Below, piece after piece: positions 31,631-40,133 of a stretch of 64,000 bases of DNA. This stretch comes from Mycobacteriales bacterium (GTDB lineage Bacteria; Actinomycetota; Actinomycetes; Mycobacteriales; Mycobacteriaceae), in the NCBI GenBank assembly GCA_018376445.1, contig JAHABL010000001.1, positions 278,111 through 342,110 on the forward strand. The letters are read 5' to 3'. Each line of letters starts with the position of its first letter. Position 1 is the stretch's first letter. Position numbers and translations under genes: made by a program. Under the pieces are notes generated by a model, which was not told the origin of the DNA, did not search any database, and worked only from the letters and a program-made list of their open reading frames with translations.

Positions 31631-32452
31631 ATGAAACGGCATATATGGCGTAGTGAGTGGGCCGAGGAAAACGTTGGGTTTGCAGTCATGGTTATGGACG
31701 GCGACTACCCTATGGGCCGGTTAATTATTTGTGGCACGCCTAGAGAGATACTGGTAGAGAACGCTATCTTTGTGGGGGAAAAGTGGACCGATAGGCGACC
31801 AGAAGTTTTTACTCCCCGGCGTAGAACAGAGGTCACTCGTATTCGAGCTAAAGGTGAAGACTATCGACGGCAAATTAAAGAGGAAACCAAAAAAATAGGT
31901 GACTGTGAGCAACATTTTCTCGTGTTTCCTGATTTTGAGGTGCGCAACAGAAAACTAGACCCACTCATATATAAAGTCATACAAGATGGTCACCTTGTCG
32001 TGGAGTACAGCTTTATTAAACATGTGGTTGACAGTGGGCTTATTAACCACATTTGCGATTCATGGACAGATGAAGAAAGACGGGAGTATCTGTTTTATCG
32101 AACTCTGATACATATCCTAGACGGGGACAAAATTATGGGCATTATAGAAGGTTACAAGGGGGGGAAATTTATCGTTTTCGACACTCACGATATGTCTGAA
32201 TGGTATGCCAGGTCTTCTTCTCGTACTTGGGCACCAGCTGAAGAAGATAGGGGAATGCGGGCAGAGCACGTAAAAGGTAAAGGGAGATTGTCTGGCAGTA
32301 TTCGTTTCCCCGATTTCTGTATTGAGCGTGAAGAACTCTACCAGCTAATTTCCCGGTACTTATTCCCCAGTGGTCTAACAGGCAGTGACTTTTTTAAAGT
32401 GCAGTATGACACTTTGAAAGAACTGGTTGAGCATGGACGCATGAATAAATAG
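31631..32452 (+). CDS. Hypothetical protein of 273 aa encoded by a markedly low-GC gene. It is orphan cargo between int and xis.
   Basis: Clean ORF, AT-rich relative to its flanks. No recognisable motif. Confidence 0.6.
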   Translation: MKRHIWRSEWAEENVGFAVMVMDGDYPMGRLIICGTPREILVENAIFVGEKWTDRRPEVFTPRRRTEVTRIRAKGEDYRRQIKEETKKIGDCEQHFLVFPDFEVRNRKLDPLIYKVIQDGHLVVEYSFIKHVVDSGLINHICDSWTDEERREYLFYRTLIHILDGDKIMGIIEGYKGGKFIVFDTHDMSEWYARSSSRTWAPAEEDRGMRAEHVKGKGRLSGSIRFPDFCIEREELYQLISRYLFPSGLTGSDFFKVQYDTLKELVEHGRMNK

Positions 32453-32679
32453 AACAATATGGGTCCCATTAGTACTGTTGGTGTGTTATTGTGGCGTCGG
32501 CGTTGGAATACAGTGTGACCCGTCCACTACCTCCGACAATAGCCACTCACGTGGTGCATAAACGGGAACAAAGCAAGCTCTGTATCTTGCTTAGGCGCTA
32601 ATTGGGCGCTTTGACCTTGAGGCTCTGCGAATAGCGGGGCGGATACCTCGTGCTTTGAGGTAGAAAAGGTCAGACATAA

Positions 32680-32874
32680 ATGTCTACTCCAACTCGCCAC
32701 TATGTTTCTATCCGTGAAGCCGCTGACTACTGGTCTGTCTCCACGAAAACGATTCGCCGGTGCATTAACCGGGGAGAACTCACAGGCTACTACCCCTGTG
32801 GTAGGACTCTACGCCTCGATCTCAATGAGCTAGAGGCAATTGCACAGGCTAACGCCACTCGTAAGGTGGCGTAA
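32680..32874 (+). CDS. xis: Excisionase / AlpA-like helix-turn-helix DNA-binding protein.
   Basis: 64 aa. YVSIREAADYWSVSTKTIRRCINRGEL is a typical MerR/Xis HTH. Confidence 0.7.
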   Translation: MSTPTRHYVSIREAADYWSVSTKTIRRCINRGELTGYYPCGRTLRLDLNELEAIAQANATRKVA

Positions 32875-32878
32875 GGGC

Positions 32879-33463
32879 ATGGAGACAAAAGAATACCCCG
32901 CCGTAAGCGGGGCACCTTCGAGCACTCTTCAATCATACCCGGTAGGCGTAACAGAAACTGATACTGCTCCTGCTACCGGTATCCTTGCCGTCAGACCACA
33001 GCTAGACACAGTTTTCTTGACTGCTCTTCTCCATGCGGGGAACCGGGGGAAAACTGTTCTGGAACATGTAGACGCTACAGACTTCCATAACCCGGTCTAC
33101 GGTGACCTGTACGAGAGAATAAAGGCCGTCGCCGCTACAGGTGACCTCACGCACCTACGAGTGTGGGGCACGCTCACTGCAACCCGCTGGACTGAGGACT
33201 CTTACTGGCATGGACGAGTCCTAAACCTTGTTGCGCCGGGCAGTGGCGGCTATGAGGATATCGCACTCGCTGCTGCTCAGCTGGTGCAAGGCTCACTGCG
33301 TCACCGTGTGTTTAATCTAGGCGTGGAGTTGCGACAGGCGGCCTGTGAGAGGTCGCTAGAGGAACTTATGGTGTTCCTTGCTGACTCTGCCCGCATGGAG
33401 ATGATTCGTGCGACTGTGGCGCGTCTAGAGACCCTTACAGCGCTTACAGGGGGTGCAAAGTAA
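32879..33463 (+). CDS. Protein resembling the DnaB helicase N-terminal domain, probably a replication-initiation accessory.
   Basis: DTVFLTALLHAGNRGKTVLEHVDATDFHNPVYGDLYERI resembles the DnaB N-terminal domain. Translationally coupled to the next gene (ATGA overlap at 33463). Confidence 0.5.
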   Translation: METKEYPAVSGAPSSTLQSYPVGVTETDTAPATGILAVRPQLDTVFLTALLHAGNRGKTVLEHVDATDFHNPVYGDLYERIKAVAATGDLTHLRVWGTLTATRWTEDSYWHGRVLNLVAPGSGGYEDIALAAAQLVQGSLRHRVFNLGVELRQAACERSLEELMVFLADSARMEMIRATVARLETLTALTGGAK

Positions 33464-34950
33464 TGACTACCCCCGATACCACTACCGACACCACAGAGAC
33501 GCGGAGAAGCTGCCTTGTGAGGGCTACTGATATGGCACTGCCTAAACGCCGCAAGTGGATAGTGCCAGGACTATTGCCCCTCGGTTGCCTTGTGTTCCTA
33601 GCTGGTGATGAGGGCATTGGCAAAAGTACTTTCGGGCTACACCTTGCAAGTGTCATCACCAGTGGCAAAGGTGACACCGGTCTCAAGATTCCCGCCGGAA
33701 ACGCCCGGCGCGTATATCTCTACAGCACAGAAGATAATTGGGGTGACACTACTAGTCCGGCGCTCAAAGCAATGGGCTGTGATTTTGAAAATCTCTCACT
33801 CTTTTTCGACGACACAGACGGCACGTCTTATCCGAGCTTAGGGGCCAACGTCATCAAAGATATGTACGAAGACTCTGAGTGTTATGGTGCCCCGGCACTG
33901 ATCATTGTGGATAACTTTATTGACACTCTCCCCGCCAATGTTCAGCAGAGTAAACCCGAGCAGTTGAGGAGTGTTCTAAAACAATGGGTCAAGATAGCGA
34001 AACGGCTTAATGCCACTGTGTTGTGTCTTCATCACACGAACAGGTCAGGGTCTGACAATAGCCGCGACCAGTGGGCGGGCAGCAGCGAATACCGTAAAGC
34101 TGCCCGTGTTGCTCTGATGGCTAAAGACAATGAGGACGGCACCTTTACCGTAGGCGTGGATAAGTGCAATCTGTCACCAGAGAGACGCGCCGTCATCATG
34201 AAGAACATGTCCACTTCCACACCCTTGCTCTATGAGGGAGAAGAGAAACCCGAAACTGTAGAGTCCCACACAGTTGACTATGTGGGAGAGTCTGACAGGT
34301 CCATTGCTGAGCTTGTGGAAGATAAAGCCGATGACGATACGGGCGGGGATGAAAGGACTGAGACTCTCAGAGCCTTCCTTCTCTCTCTCAGTGCCCATAG
34401 TGGAAGTGCCACTCGTAGGGAATTGTGTAATGGCCTCAAGGACGAGGGCTATTCCGACAGGAAGATAAAACAAGCTATCAAGACGGCTAAGAGTCGCCAT
34501 TTCGTTGACTCGGACAGGTCAGGGTTTCAGGGTGAAACAACATTCGCTCTCACAGTCGCAGGGCGTGACATTCTCCAAAATGTCCACTTGGCTGCCCAAA
34601 ATGGTCACCAAAATGTCCAAAATAAAACAGCAGGTCAGCCCCAAAATGTCCAAAATGTCCAACATGTTCACCCCTATAGGGTGACTAAGGGCAATGCGGC
34701 GGCAAAAAAGTCCCCCGGCACTGTCTCACAGGGCAGTGATTCTGGGGCTCTCCGCACTTGGCTAGTAGATGGTCTGAGTGTTGAGCAGTCGCAGGGCGTG
34801 GAGTCTCTCTATGGGCAACTGCCCCGCTCTCTCCGTGACTCTCATAGCCGGGACAGTGTGAAGGAAGTTTTGGACTCCATGGTTGAGAAAGGCAATGTGG
34901 TGAAGGACTCTCACGGCCGTTATCTGAAGGCGGGTGAAACTTTGTTTTAG
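33463..34950 (+). CDS. RepA-like RecA-fold ATPase (AAA_25 / primase-helicase-associated) replication protein with a C-terminal wHTH-like region.
   Basis: Walker A GDEGIGKST. Walker B ALIIVDNFID. LCLHHTNRSG. A C-terminal QNVQ-rich segment is encoded by the iterons. Confidence 0.7.
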   Translation: MTTPDTTTDTTETRRSCLVRATDMALPKRRKWIVPGLLPLGCLVFLAGDEGIGKSTFGLHLASVITSGKGDTGLKIPAGNARRVYLYSTEDNWGDTTSPALKAMGCDFENLSLFFDDTDGTSYPSLGANVIKDMYEDSECYGAPALIIVDNFIDTLPANVQQSKPEQLRSVLKQWVKIAKRLNATVLCLHHTNRSGSDNSRDQWAGSSEYRKAARVALMAKDNEDGTFTVGVDKCNLSPERRAVIMKNMSTSTPLLYEGEEKPETVESHTVDYVGESDRSIAELVEDKADDDTGGDERTETLRAFLLSLSAHSGSATRRELCNGLKDEGYSDRKIKQAIKTAKSRHFVDSDRSGFQGETTFALTVAGRDILQNVHLAAQNGHQNVQNKTAGQPQNVQNVQHVHPYRVTKGNAAAKKSPGTVSQGSDSGALRTWLVDGLSVEQSQGVESLYGQLPRSLRDSHSRDSVKEVLDSMVEKGNVVKDSHGRYLKAGETLF

Positions 34951-35045
34951 GGCTATGTAAGTGAACAAGTTGGACATTTTGGACATGTTGGCCGTGACCT
35001 GCTGTTTTACTGTGACCATTTTGGTGGACATTTTGTGGACATTTT
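34566..35045. repeat. Iteron array. Four direct copies of CAAAATGTCCA lie at 34566-34670, within the 3' end of the rep gene. At least three inverted copies of TGGACATTTTG lie at 34966-35045, just past the rep stop. This is a probable origin of replication or rep-binding site.
   Basis: Repeats read directly from the sequence in both orientations, about 290 bp apart. Confidence 0.6.
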
Positions 35046-35211
35046 GGGCGGCTTCAGTGTTGAAATGGCCTAATGGTTAAGAAGAGAGAGACCCCTAGGT
35101 GTATTCCCGGGGGTCTCTTTCTGTGTGCCTGTTGCGCCGGGCAGGTGGTGGAGGTTGAGGTGAGGTCAGGACTTTACCCCGAAATCGGGGAAAACGTTCC
35201 CCCTGAGTGGT

Positions 35212-35345
35212 GAGGTGGTGTTCCGCCACCCCATGGGCGCAAGGAGGTGGTGTTCTGCCACCCCCCTAGTGGGTGCAGGGGTGCGGTATTCCGCCGCCCC
35301 CTTATTTTTAGCGAGGTGAAAGGGGGTCGGAATTTGCGACACCCT
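35212..35345. repeat. Three to four tandem degenerate GC-rich palindromic repeats of about 22 bp (GGTGGTGTTCCGCCACCCC-like) in an 880-bp non-coding stretch of the island.
   Basis: 35212-35232, 35254-35275 and 35279-35302, with a weaker copy at 35323-35345. Each can form a GGTGG/CCACC hairpin. Confidence 0.5.
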
Positions 35346-35982
35346 TTATGGGAGCCGTTTTAAGCCGCTTTAGGGATACTCCATGAGTGGAGTGGCGCGG
35401 GAGGTGGGAAAAGTGTCCGAGAATTGATTTGAGGGCCAAATAGAGGGGTGCAGACGATGGAATAATGGAGTGCTATCCCATCTATGCGGGTAGCTGGTGG
35501 GGTATGGCCTAAAAATCACCAGAAACACACACTCGGACCACTTCACGCCGGTTAGTCGTCCTTTCCCCCCGCACTGGGTAGGGGGGTATTCCGTATCTAG
35601 GCCATTTCCTCATAGATGCCCCTGAGAGCCACGTAGAGGAGCAAATACATTTGCCTAGGCAAATCACACATAGAACGAAGAGAAATAGCCTTAAAAACGT
35701 TTATAGAGCCTGAAATATTACCCGGGGGGGGTAGAGCTGCTAAGCCCATGGGATGCTTGGGGTGTGGGGTGGGGGTGGTCCCCGTGGGGTGTGTGCTGTA
35801 TCCGCTATAGAAACCACGTCTGCTAGGGAAACTGCTAAACCTGTACTCAACCAAAGCGCCTAGGCCATACGGGCTTATGTGGTGTGGGGGCGGGGGTAGT
35901 GGCCCTGGTGACGGATGGAGTAAACCCCCACCACTACAGGTAAGCAGCAGCAGGGGTTTAATCTTTGGTGTGGATACTATCG

Positions 35983-36210
35983 TTACCAGGTTTCCTGGTA
36001 GTGGTGTTCTAGGACATGGTTGACGCAGGTTCTCACTACCTGTTCGCCGTTGTAGCCGTTGCGTGTGATCGCCTTTGCGGCATAGTCGAGAACACTGGTG
36101 AGTTCCTCACTGGTGAGTGGCCGGGTTCCAGGGTAGGGGGAGCCTTTGGGCATCGACATGTATAGGTAGACCTGTGCAACCGACGCATAGATGAGTTCTG
36201 GGAGTGTCAT
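35983..36210 (-). CDS. Hypothetical small protein, the distal gene of a two-gene operon at the island right end.
   Basis: 75-aa ORF overlapping the upstream stop (ATGA). Confidence 0.4.
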   Translation of the reverse strand: MTLPELIYASVAQVYLYMSMPKGSPYPGTRPLTSEELTSVLDYAAKAITRNGYNGEQVVRTCVNHVLEHHYQETW

Positions 36211-36896
36211 TATTCGCCTTTAATGGTTGCTTGTGCGTAGTCGTCGAGGTCATGCTGCCACCTAGCTCCGAGGAGGGCGGTGAACTGTGTCAGGTGGGAG
36301 GCAGTGTTGCTGGAGGCTACCTGCCCGTCTTTATCGTGGAGGAGGATGAGACCCTCACCAGTAGGCGAGACACCAAGGTAGAGGGTGAACGCGCCTAGAT
36401 GGGCGACTCTTTGCCCGAGCCGGTAGCTGCCCATGTTAGCGAATGGTGTGATGTCGCAGTCATGCCAGGTTAGCTCGGTGAAGCTGCTAAGTCCGTGCCG
36501 GTAGCGGTTCACTAGCTCACTGTGCAGTCCTGGTGTGAGAGACAATTCGACAAGCATGTGAAGGGCGATAGTGTCGGAGTCTTCAAGGTGTGTGTTGCCG
36601 CCCCACAGGCTGGCTGCTATCTCCCTAGCCCTCTTTGTTTTGGCGGGGGTGAGGGTTTCTTCCACTAGGTAGCCGTAGCAGTCATTGCCGGGTGCCTTGT
36701 CGATGTCTCGCATGAAGACCATGGCAAGGTCTATGGGGGTGCGCCGTGCTGTGGGGTTGGTGAGGATTTCGGTGAAGAGGACGGGGAGAAAATCGGGGTA
36801 TTCCACTTTTACTTCGTCCATAATGGGTGTGTCCATGTGGTCTTCCTTTTCTGGCAGTTTTGAAAACTTTGGCATATTTTTGGCACGCGCTCGCAT
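36210..36896 (-). CDS. Hypothetical protein. A shorter start at MDTPIMDEV near 36836 is possible.
   Basis: 228-aa ORF on the opposite strand from the rest of the island, next to attR. Confidence 0.5.
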   Translation of the reverse strand: MRARAKNMPKFSKLPEKEDHMDTPIMDEVKVEYPDFLPVLFTEILTNPTARRTPIDLAMVFMRDIDKAPGNDCYGYLVEETLTPAKTKRAREIAASLWGGNTHLEDSDTIALHMLVELSLTPGLHSELVNRYRHGLSSFTELTWHDCDITPFANMGSYRLGQRVAHLGAFTLYLGVSPTGEGLILLHDKDGQVASSNTASHLTQFTALLGARWQHDLDDYAQATIKGE

Positions 36897-36946
36897 AGCT
36901 ATGTGCCTTTTTATGCTTCTACCAGTAGGAATACTGATTAATTATG

Positions 36947-36965
36947 GAGCCCCGTTAGCTCCACA
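36947..36965 (+). repeat. attR, a direct repeat of the tRNA-Ala 3' end.
   Basis: GAGCCCCGTTAGCTCCACA versus tRNA 30214..30232 GAGTCCCGTTAGCTCCACA. Confidence 0.8.
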
Positions 36966-36971
36966 GAGTAT

Positions 36972-37004
36972 AAAACCCCTGGTCAGAAATGACCAGGGGT
37001 TTTG
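36972..37004 (+). terminator. Probable original terminator of tRNA-Ala, now displaced to lie after attR.
   Basis: AAAACCCCTGGTC-AGAAAT-GACCAGGGGTTTT. Confidence 0.6.
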
Positions 37005-37119
37005 TTTATTTTCCTGCTTCATTACATAGTTTTGCGCACTCCCGTCACCTCTCATGAGCACCATTGTGAGGCACAATACGATGTAAATTGTGGAATTTTG
37101 GCGAAAATTGGGCGTTAGG

Positions 37120-37953
37120 TTAGCTGCGCCACCACGTGTCATAGGGTGCTACCGGAACTGTGCGCTTGTGCTGTGAGCGCAAGAAGTGCGACTCAATGGT
37201 TGCGCAGGCTTCGGTACTAGGAGCGTCGGCGACTCCTTCCAGGTAGTCATCGATTTCATGGTAAGTGACTCCCAATGCTGTTTCGTCGGGGAGGGCGGGG
37301 CGATCGTCCTCAAGGTCTGCGGTGGGAATCTTCTCCCAGGTTGCGGAAGGGGCTCCGAGTCTCTGCAGGAGGGCAGCACCTTGCCGTTTGGAGAGTCCAC
37401 TTAGGGGGGTGAGGTCGGAGCCTCCGTCACCGAATTTCGTGTAGAACCCGGTGACGGCTTCGGCTGCGTGGTCGGTGCCGATGACCAGGTACCGTCGTTG
37501 TCCGGCGACAGTGTATTGGGCCACCATGCGCTGTCGGGCCTTCACATTTCCACGTACGAAGTCGCTGATCTCTTCGCCATCTAGTGCAGTGCGTGCTGCC
37601 GCGACTGCTGCGTCAGTCGCTTCCTTGATGTTGACCACTAGAGATGTGTCGGGTTGGATGAACTGCAAGGCGCGTTGGGCATCGTCTTCATCTGCTTGTA
37701 CACCGTAGGGGAGGCGCATTGCAATGAACTCAGCGTGGTAGCCTTCGGCACGCAGTTCTTCTGCAGCTAGCTGCCCTAGTCGTCCTGCCAGAGTGGAGTC
37801 TTGGCCGCCGCTGATGCCGAGGACATACCCGTGGGAGCCGGTGGCGCGCGCATAGTCTTTGAGGAAATCGATGCGGGTGCGAATCTCCTCAGCCGGGTTG
37901 ATGGTGGGCTTCACGTGTAGTTCTGCGATGATGCGATCGCGGAGAGTAGTCAT
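37120..37953 (-). CDS. nadE: NH3-dependent NAD+ synthetase.
   Basis: SGGQDS PP-loop ([14 protein letters not shown]). About 275 aa. Confidence 0.9.
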   Translation of the reverse strand: MTTLRDRIIAELHVKPTINPAEEIRTRIDFLKDYARATGSHGYVLGISGGQDSTLAGRLGQLAAEELRAEGYHAEFIAMRLPYGVQADEDDAQRALQFIQPDTSLVVNIKEATDAAVAAARTALDGEEISDFVRGNVKARQRMVAQYTVAGQRRYLVIGTDHAAEAVTGFYTKFGDGGSDLTPLSGLSKRQGAALLQRLGAPSATWEKIPTADLEDDRPALPDETALGVTYHEIDDYLEGVADAPSTEACATIESHFLRSQHKRTVPVAPYDTWWRS

Positions 37954-38038
37954 AGAGCTAGCTTAGCGCCCCATTATTTCCGCTGTGTTTCCGCTTTTAA
38001 CCGTACGGTTGTTTCTGGTCCGTGCGAGAATTCCAGGC

Positions 38039-39484
38039 ATGACAGTAACCACTGACGAGAGCGCCACCAAGCGCGCGAGTGTCCAGCACCGTACTTCTAG
38101 CATCGGGCTGGTATCTACCATAGCTGCACTGGGCGGCATTCTTTTTGGCTATGACACTGGCGTGATGTCGGGTGCTCTGCTCTTCATCAAACCCACGTTT
38201 GACATGTCTGCTACTCAAGAGGGGCTCATCACCTCCATTTTGATGGTAGGTGCTGCTGTGGGCGCTCTTTCAGGTGGCCGCCTCGCGGACGCTATTGGCC
38301 GCCGCTGGGCAGTGTTCTGGGCGGGTGTTCTCTTTATTGTGGCGTCGCTTGCCTGTGCGTTCTCGGGTGGGGCGTCGGCTGCGGCCGCAACGGTGTCGCT
38401 GTCGATCTCGCGTTTCATTCTGGGCGTGGCAGTTGGTGGTGCGTCCATCATCGTTCCGATGTACATTTCTGAGATTGCGCCGCGTGGTGTGCGTGGCCGG
38501 TTGGCTACGCTGAACTCTCTTATGATCGTGGTGGGGCAGCTTATCGCTTATGGCGTGAACTCTGCGTTGGCGCCGTCGGAAAACTGGCGTCTGATGCTAG
38601 GGCTGGGTGTTGTGCCGGCCATTGTGTTGGCCATTGGTACCTACTTCCTTCCCGATTCCCCTGTGTATTACCTGCTGCATAATAAGGTTGACGATGCGGC
38701 TGCAGTGCTGCGTCACCTGCGGCGGGGGGACGATCTTGCGCATGTTGATGAGGAGCTGGAGGCGTTAGCTCAGGCGGTTGCTGCGAAGAAGGATAAGAAG
38801 TCTGAGTGGTCTGCGCTGGGTACTCCGTGGATCAAGATGGTGATGGGTATTGCCATTGTGGTCGCCATGATTCAGCAGGTGACGGGTGTCAACGCCATTG
38901 TCTACTATGCTCCGACGATGTTGAAGAATGTGGGATGGACCAGCCAGAATGCGGTGTTCGGCTCCATTCTTATTGGTGTCGTGTCGGTGGTGTCCTGTTG
39001 GATTGGCTTGTCGATTGTCGACAAGGTTGGGCGTCGCCCGTTGTTGCTGGGTGGCCTTGCTGGTACGTCGGTCTCGTTGTTGGCGTTGACGCTGGTGTAT
39101 TGGCTGGCGCCGACTGATGAATTGTGGGCGTCTGGCTTGATGTTGGGACTGATGGGTCTCTTCATGGTGTTCCAGCAGTCTGCGGTGTCGGTGGCGACGT
39201 GGCTGTTGGTGTCTGAGCTTATCCCGTCGGCGGTACGTGGCATTGGTATGGGTATCGCTGGTCTGGCGCTGTGGCTGATGAACTTTGTGGTGGCGATGTG
39301 CTTCCCGCCGCTATTGGAGGGCATCGGTGGGGCTTGGACGTTCCTGGTGTTTGCTGTGCTCTGTGTGTTGGCCTTTAGTTTTGTGTTTAAGATGATTCCG
39401 GAGACGAAGAATCGGTCGTTGCCGGAGATCGAGGAGGGGTTCCGCCTGCGTTTTGCTGGACAGGAGGAGCCGGCGGAGGGGTAG
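38039..39484 (+). CDS. MFS sugar-porter family transporter (inositol/sugar:H+ symporter-like).
   Basis: Twelve transmembrane segments. Sugar-porter signatures GRR (DAIGRRW) and PESPRY-like/PETKN. Confidence 0.8.
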   Translation: MTVTTDESATKRASVQHRTSSIGLVSTIAALGGILFGYDTGVMSGALLFIKPTFDMSATQEGLITSILMVGAAVGALSGGRLADAIGRRWAVFWAGVLFIVASLACAFSGGASAAAATVSLSISRFILGVAVGGASIIVPMYISEIAPRGVRGRLATLNSLMIVVGQLIAYGVNSALAPSENWRLMLGLGVVPAIVLAIGTYFLPDSPVYYLLHNKVDDAAAVLRHLRRGDDLAHVDEELEALAQAVAAKKDKKSEWSALGTPWIKMVMGIAIVVAMIQQVTGVNAIVYYAPTMLKNVGWTSQNAVFGSILIGVVSVVSCWIGLSIVDKVGRRPLLLGGLAGTSVSLLALTLVYWLAPTDELWASGLMLGLMGLFMVFQQSAVSVATWLLVSELIPSAVRGIGMGIAGLALWLMNFVVAMCFPPLLEGIGGAWTFLVFAVLCVLAFSFVFKMIPETKNRSLPEIEEGFRLRFAGQEEPAEG

Positions 39485-39623
39485 TGGTCTGCTGTTCCTC
39501 ACTTTGGAGTAGCAGGAGAAATCCGGTAGACTCTTCCGAGTGTGTCGGTCGGCGCTGCGGTTATCCCGCGCGGAACTGACTGGCGAGAAGACTTATTCAT
39601 TGGCTTAAGAAAGGAGCGTCCGC

Positions 39624-39746
39624 ATGAAGGTCCGTAATTCCCTCCGGTCGCTGAAGAACAAGCCGGGCGCTCAGGTTGTGCGTCGCCGCGGCAAGCTTTA
39701 CGTCATCAATAAGAAGGATCCTCGGTTCAAGGGCCGTCAGGGTTAA
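39624..39746 (+). CDS. rpmJ: 50S ribosomal protein L36 of the Cys-less (zinc-independent, YkgO-type) form.
   Basis: 40-aa [43 protein letters not shown] with RBS aaggag. Not in the ORF track (under 60 aa). Contains no Cys or His. Confidence 0.8.
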   Translation: MKVRNSLRSLKNKPGAQVVRRRGKLYVINKKDPRFKGRQG

Positions 39747-39765
39747 TTCTTAGAGTTGAGAGAAA

Positions 39766-39800
39766 AGAGCGTGAGCATTTGTGCTTACGCTCTTTTTGTT
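39766..39800 (+). terminator. Rho-independent terminator after rpmJ.
   Basis: AAGAGCGTGAGCA-TTTG-TGCTTACGCTCTTTTT. Confidence 0.65.
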
Positions 39801-40033
39801 GTGTGTGGGCTCTGGGGTAGAGGCATGTGTGCTCTCTATGGGAGAATTTAGGGCCTAGACCAGCGTTTTTCCTCTAAAAGTGATATAGATCACATCATAA
39901 TGATGACAATTCCCGCAGACAGAATCACATCTTTGTTAGTTCAGTAAACGCAAGATGTGGAATCACTATTGTCGAGTTTCGCGACTAAATCCTAAAAAGT
40001 GAGACACCGACATGGGAATTTCACTTTTGTAAT

Positions 40034-40079
40034 TCCTATATCTAGTGCTACTAGCGGAATTTTCGCACAAGTTATAGTG
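40034..40079 (+). promoter_or_regulatory. Candidate tandem NrdR boxes upstream of nrdH (TCCTATATCTAGTG and CACAAGTTATAGTG, centres 32 bp apart).
   Basis: Two CAC-N8-GTG A/T-rich 14-mers at the canonical NrdR spacing, about 55 bp upstream of the nrdH start in an AT-rich leader. Confidence 0.45.
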
Positions 40080-40133
40080 TTTTCAGTGTTAGTCACATTG
40101 ATGTGAGTCGTATGTCGTCAGTGAAGGAATACC

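Larger units (their letters stand above)
30214..36965 (+). mobile_element. Integrative, satellite-like genomic island of about 6.75 kb inserted at the 3' end of tRNA-Ala. It is flanked by a 19-bp direct repeat: attL GAGTCCCGTTAGCTCCACA at 30214..30232 and attR GAGCCCCGTTAGCTCCACA at 36947..36965.
   Basis: Tyrosine integrase adjacent to the tRNA. Excisionase-like HTH. DnaB-N and RepA/AAA replication genes. Iteron arrays. A low-GC cargo gene. 18 of 19 positions of the tRNA 3' end are repeated at the far boundary. Confidence 0.85.

Noticed and set aside
34566-34670. Short direct repeats considered as a possible CRISPR array.
   Set aside because: Repeat units are 11 bp with irregular 0-35 bp spacing. 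They lie in coding sequence with inverted partners downstream. The pattern fits iterons, not CRISPR. No cas genes were found.
35597-35854. 85-aa minus-strand ORF in the non-coding part of the island.
   Set aside because: No RBS, low-complexity translation. It lies within the repeat-rich region.
39880-39905. Palindromes GTGATATAGATCAC and CATCATAATGATG, considered as NrdR boxes.
   Set aside because: Their orientation (GTG..CAC) is the inverse of the NrdR consensus (CAC..GTG), and the spacing rule is not met. The better candidate pair is 40034..40079. They may still be an operator for another regulator.
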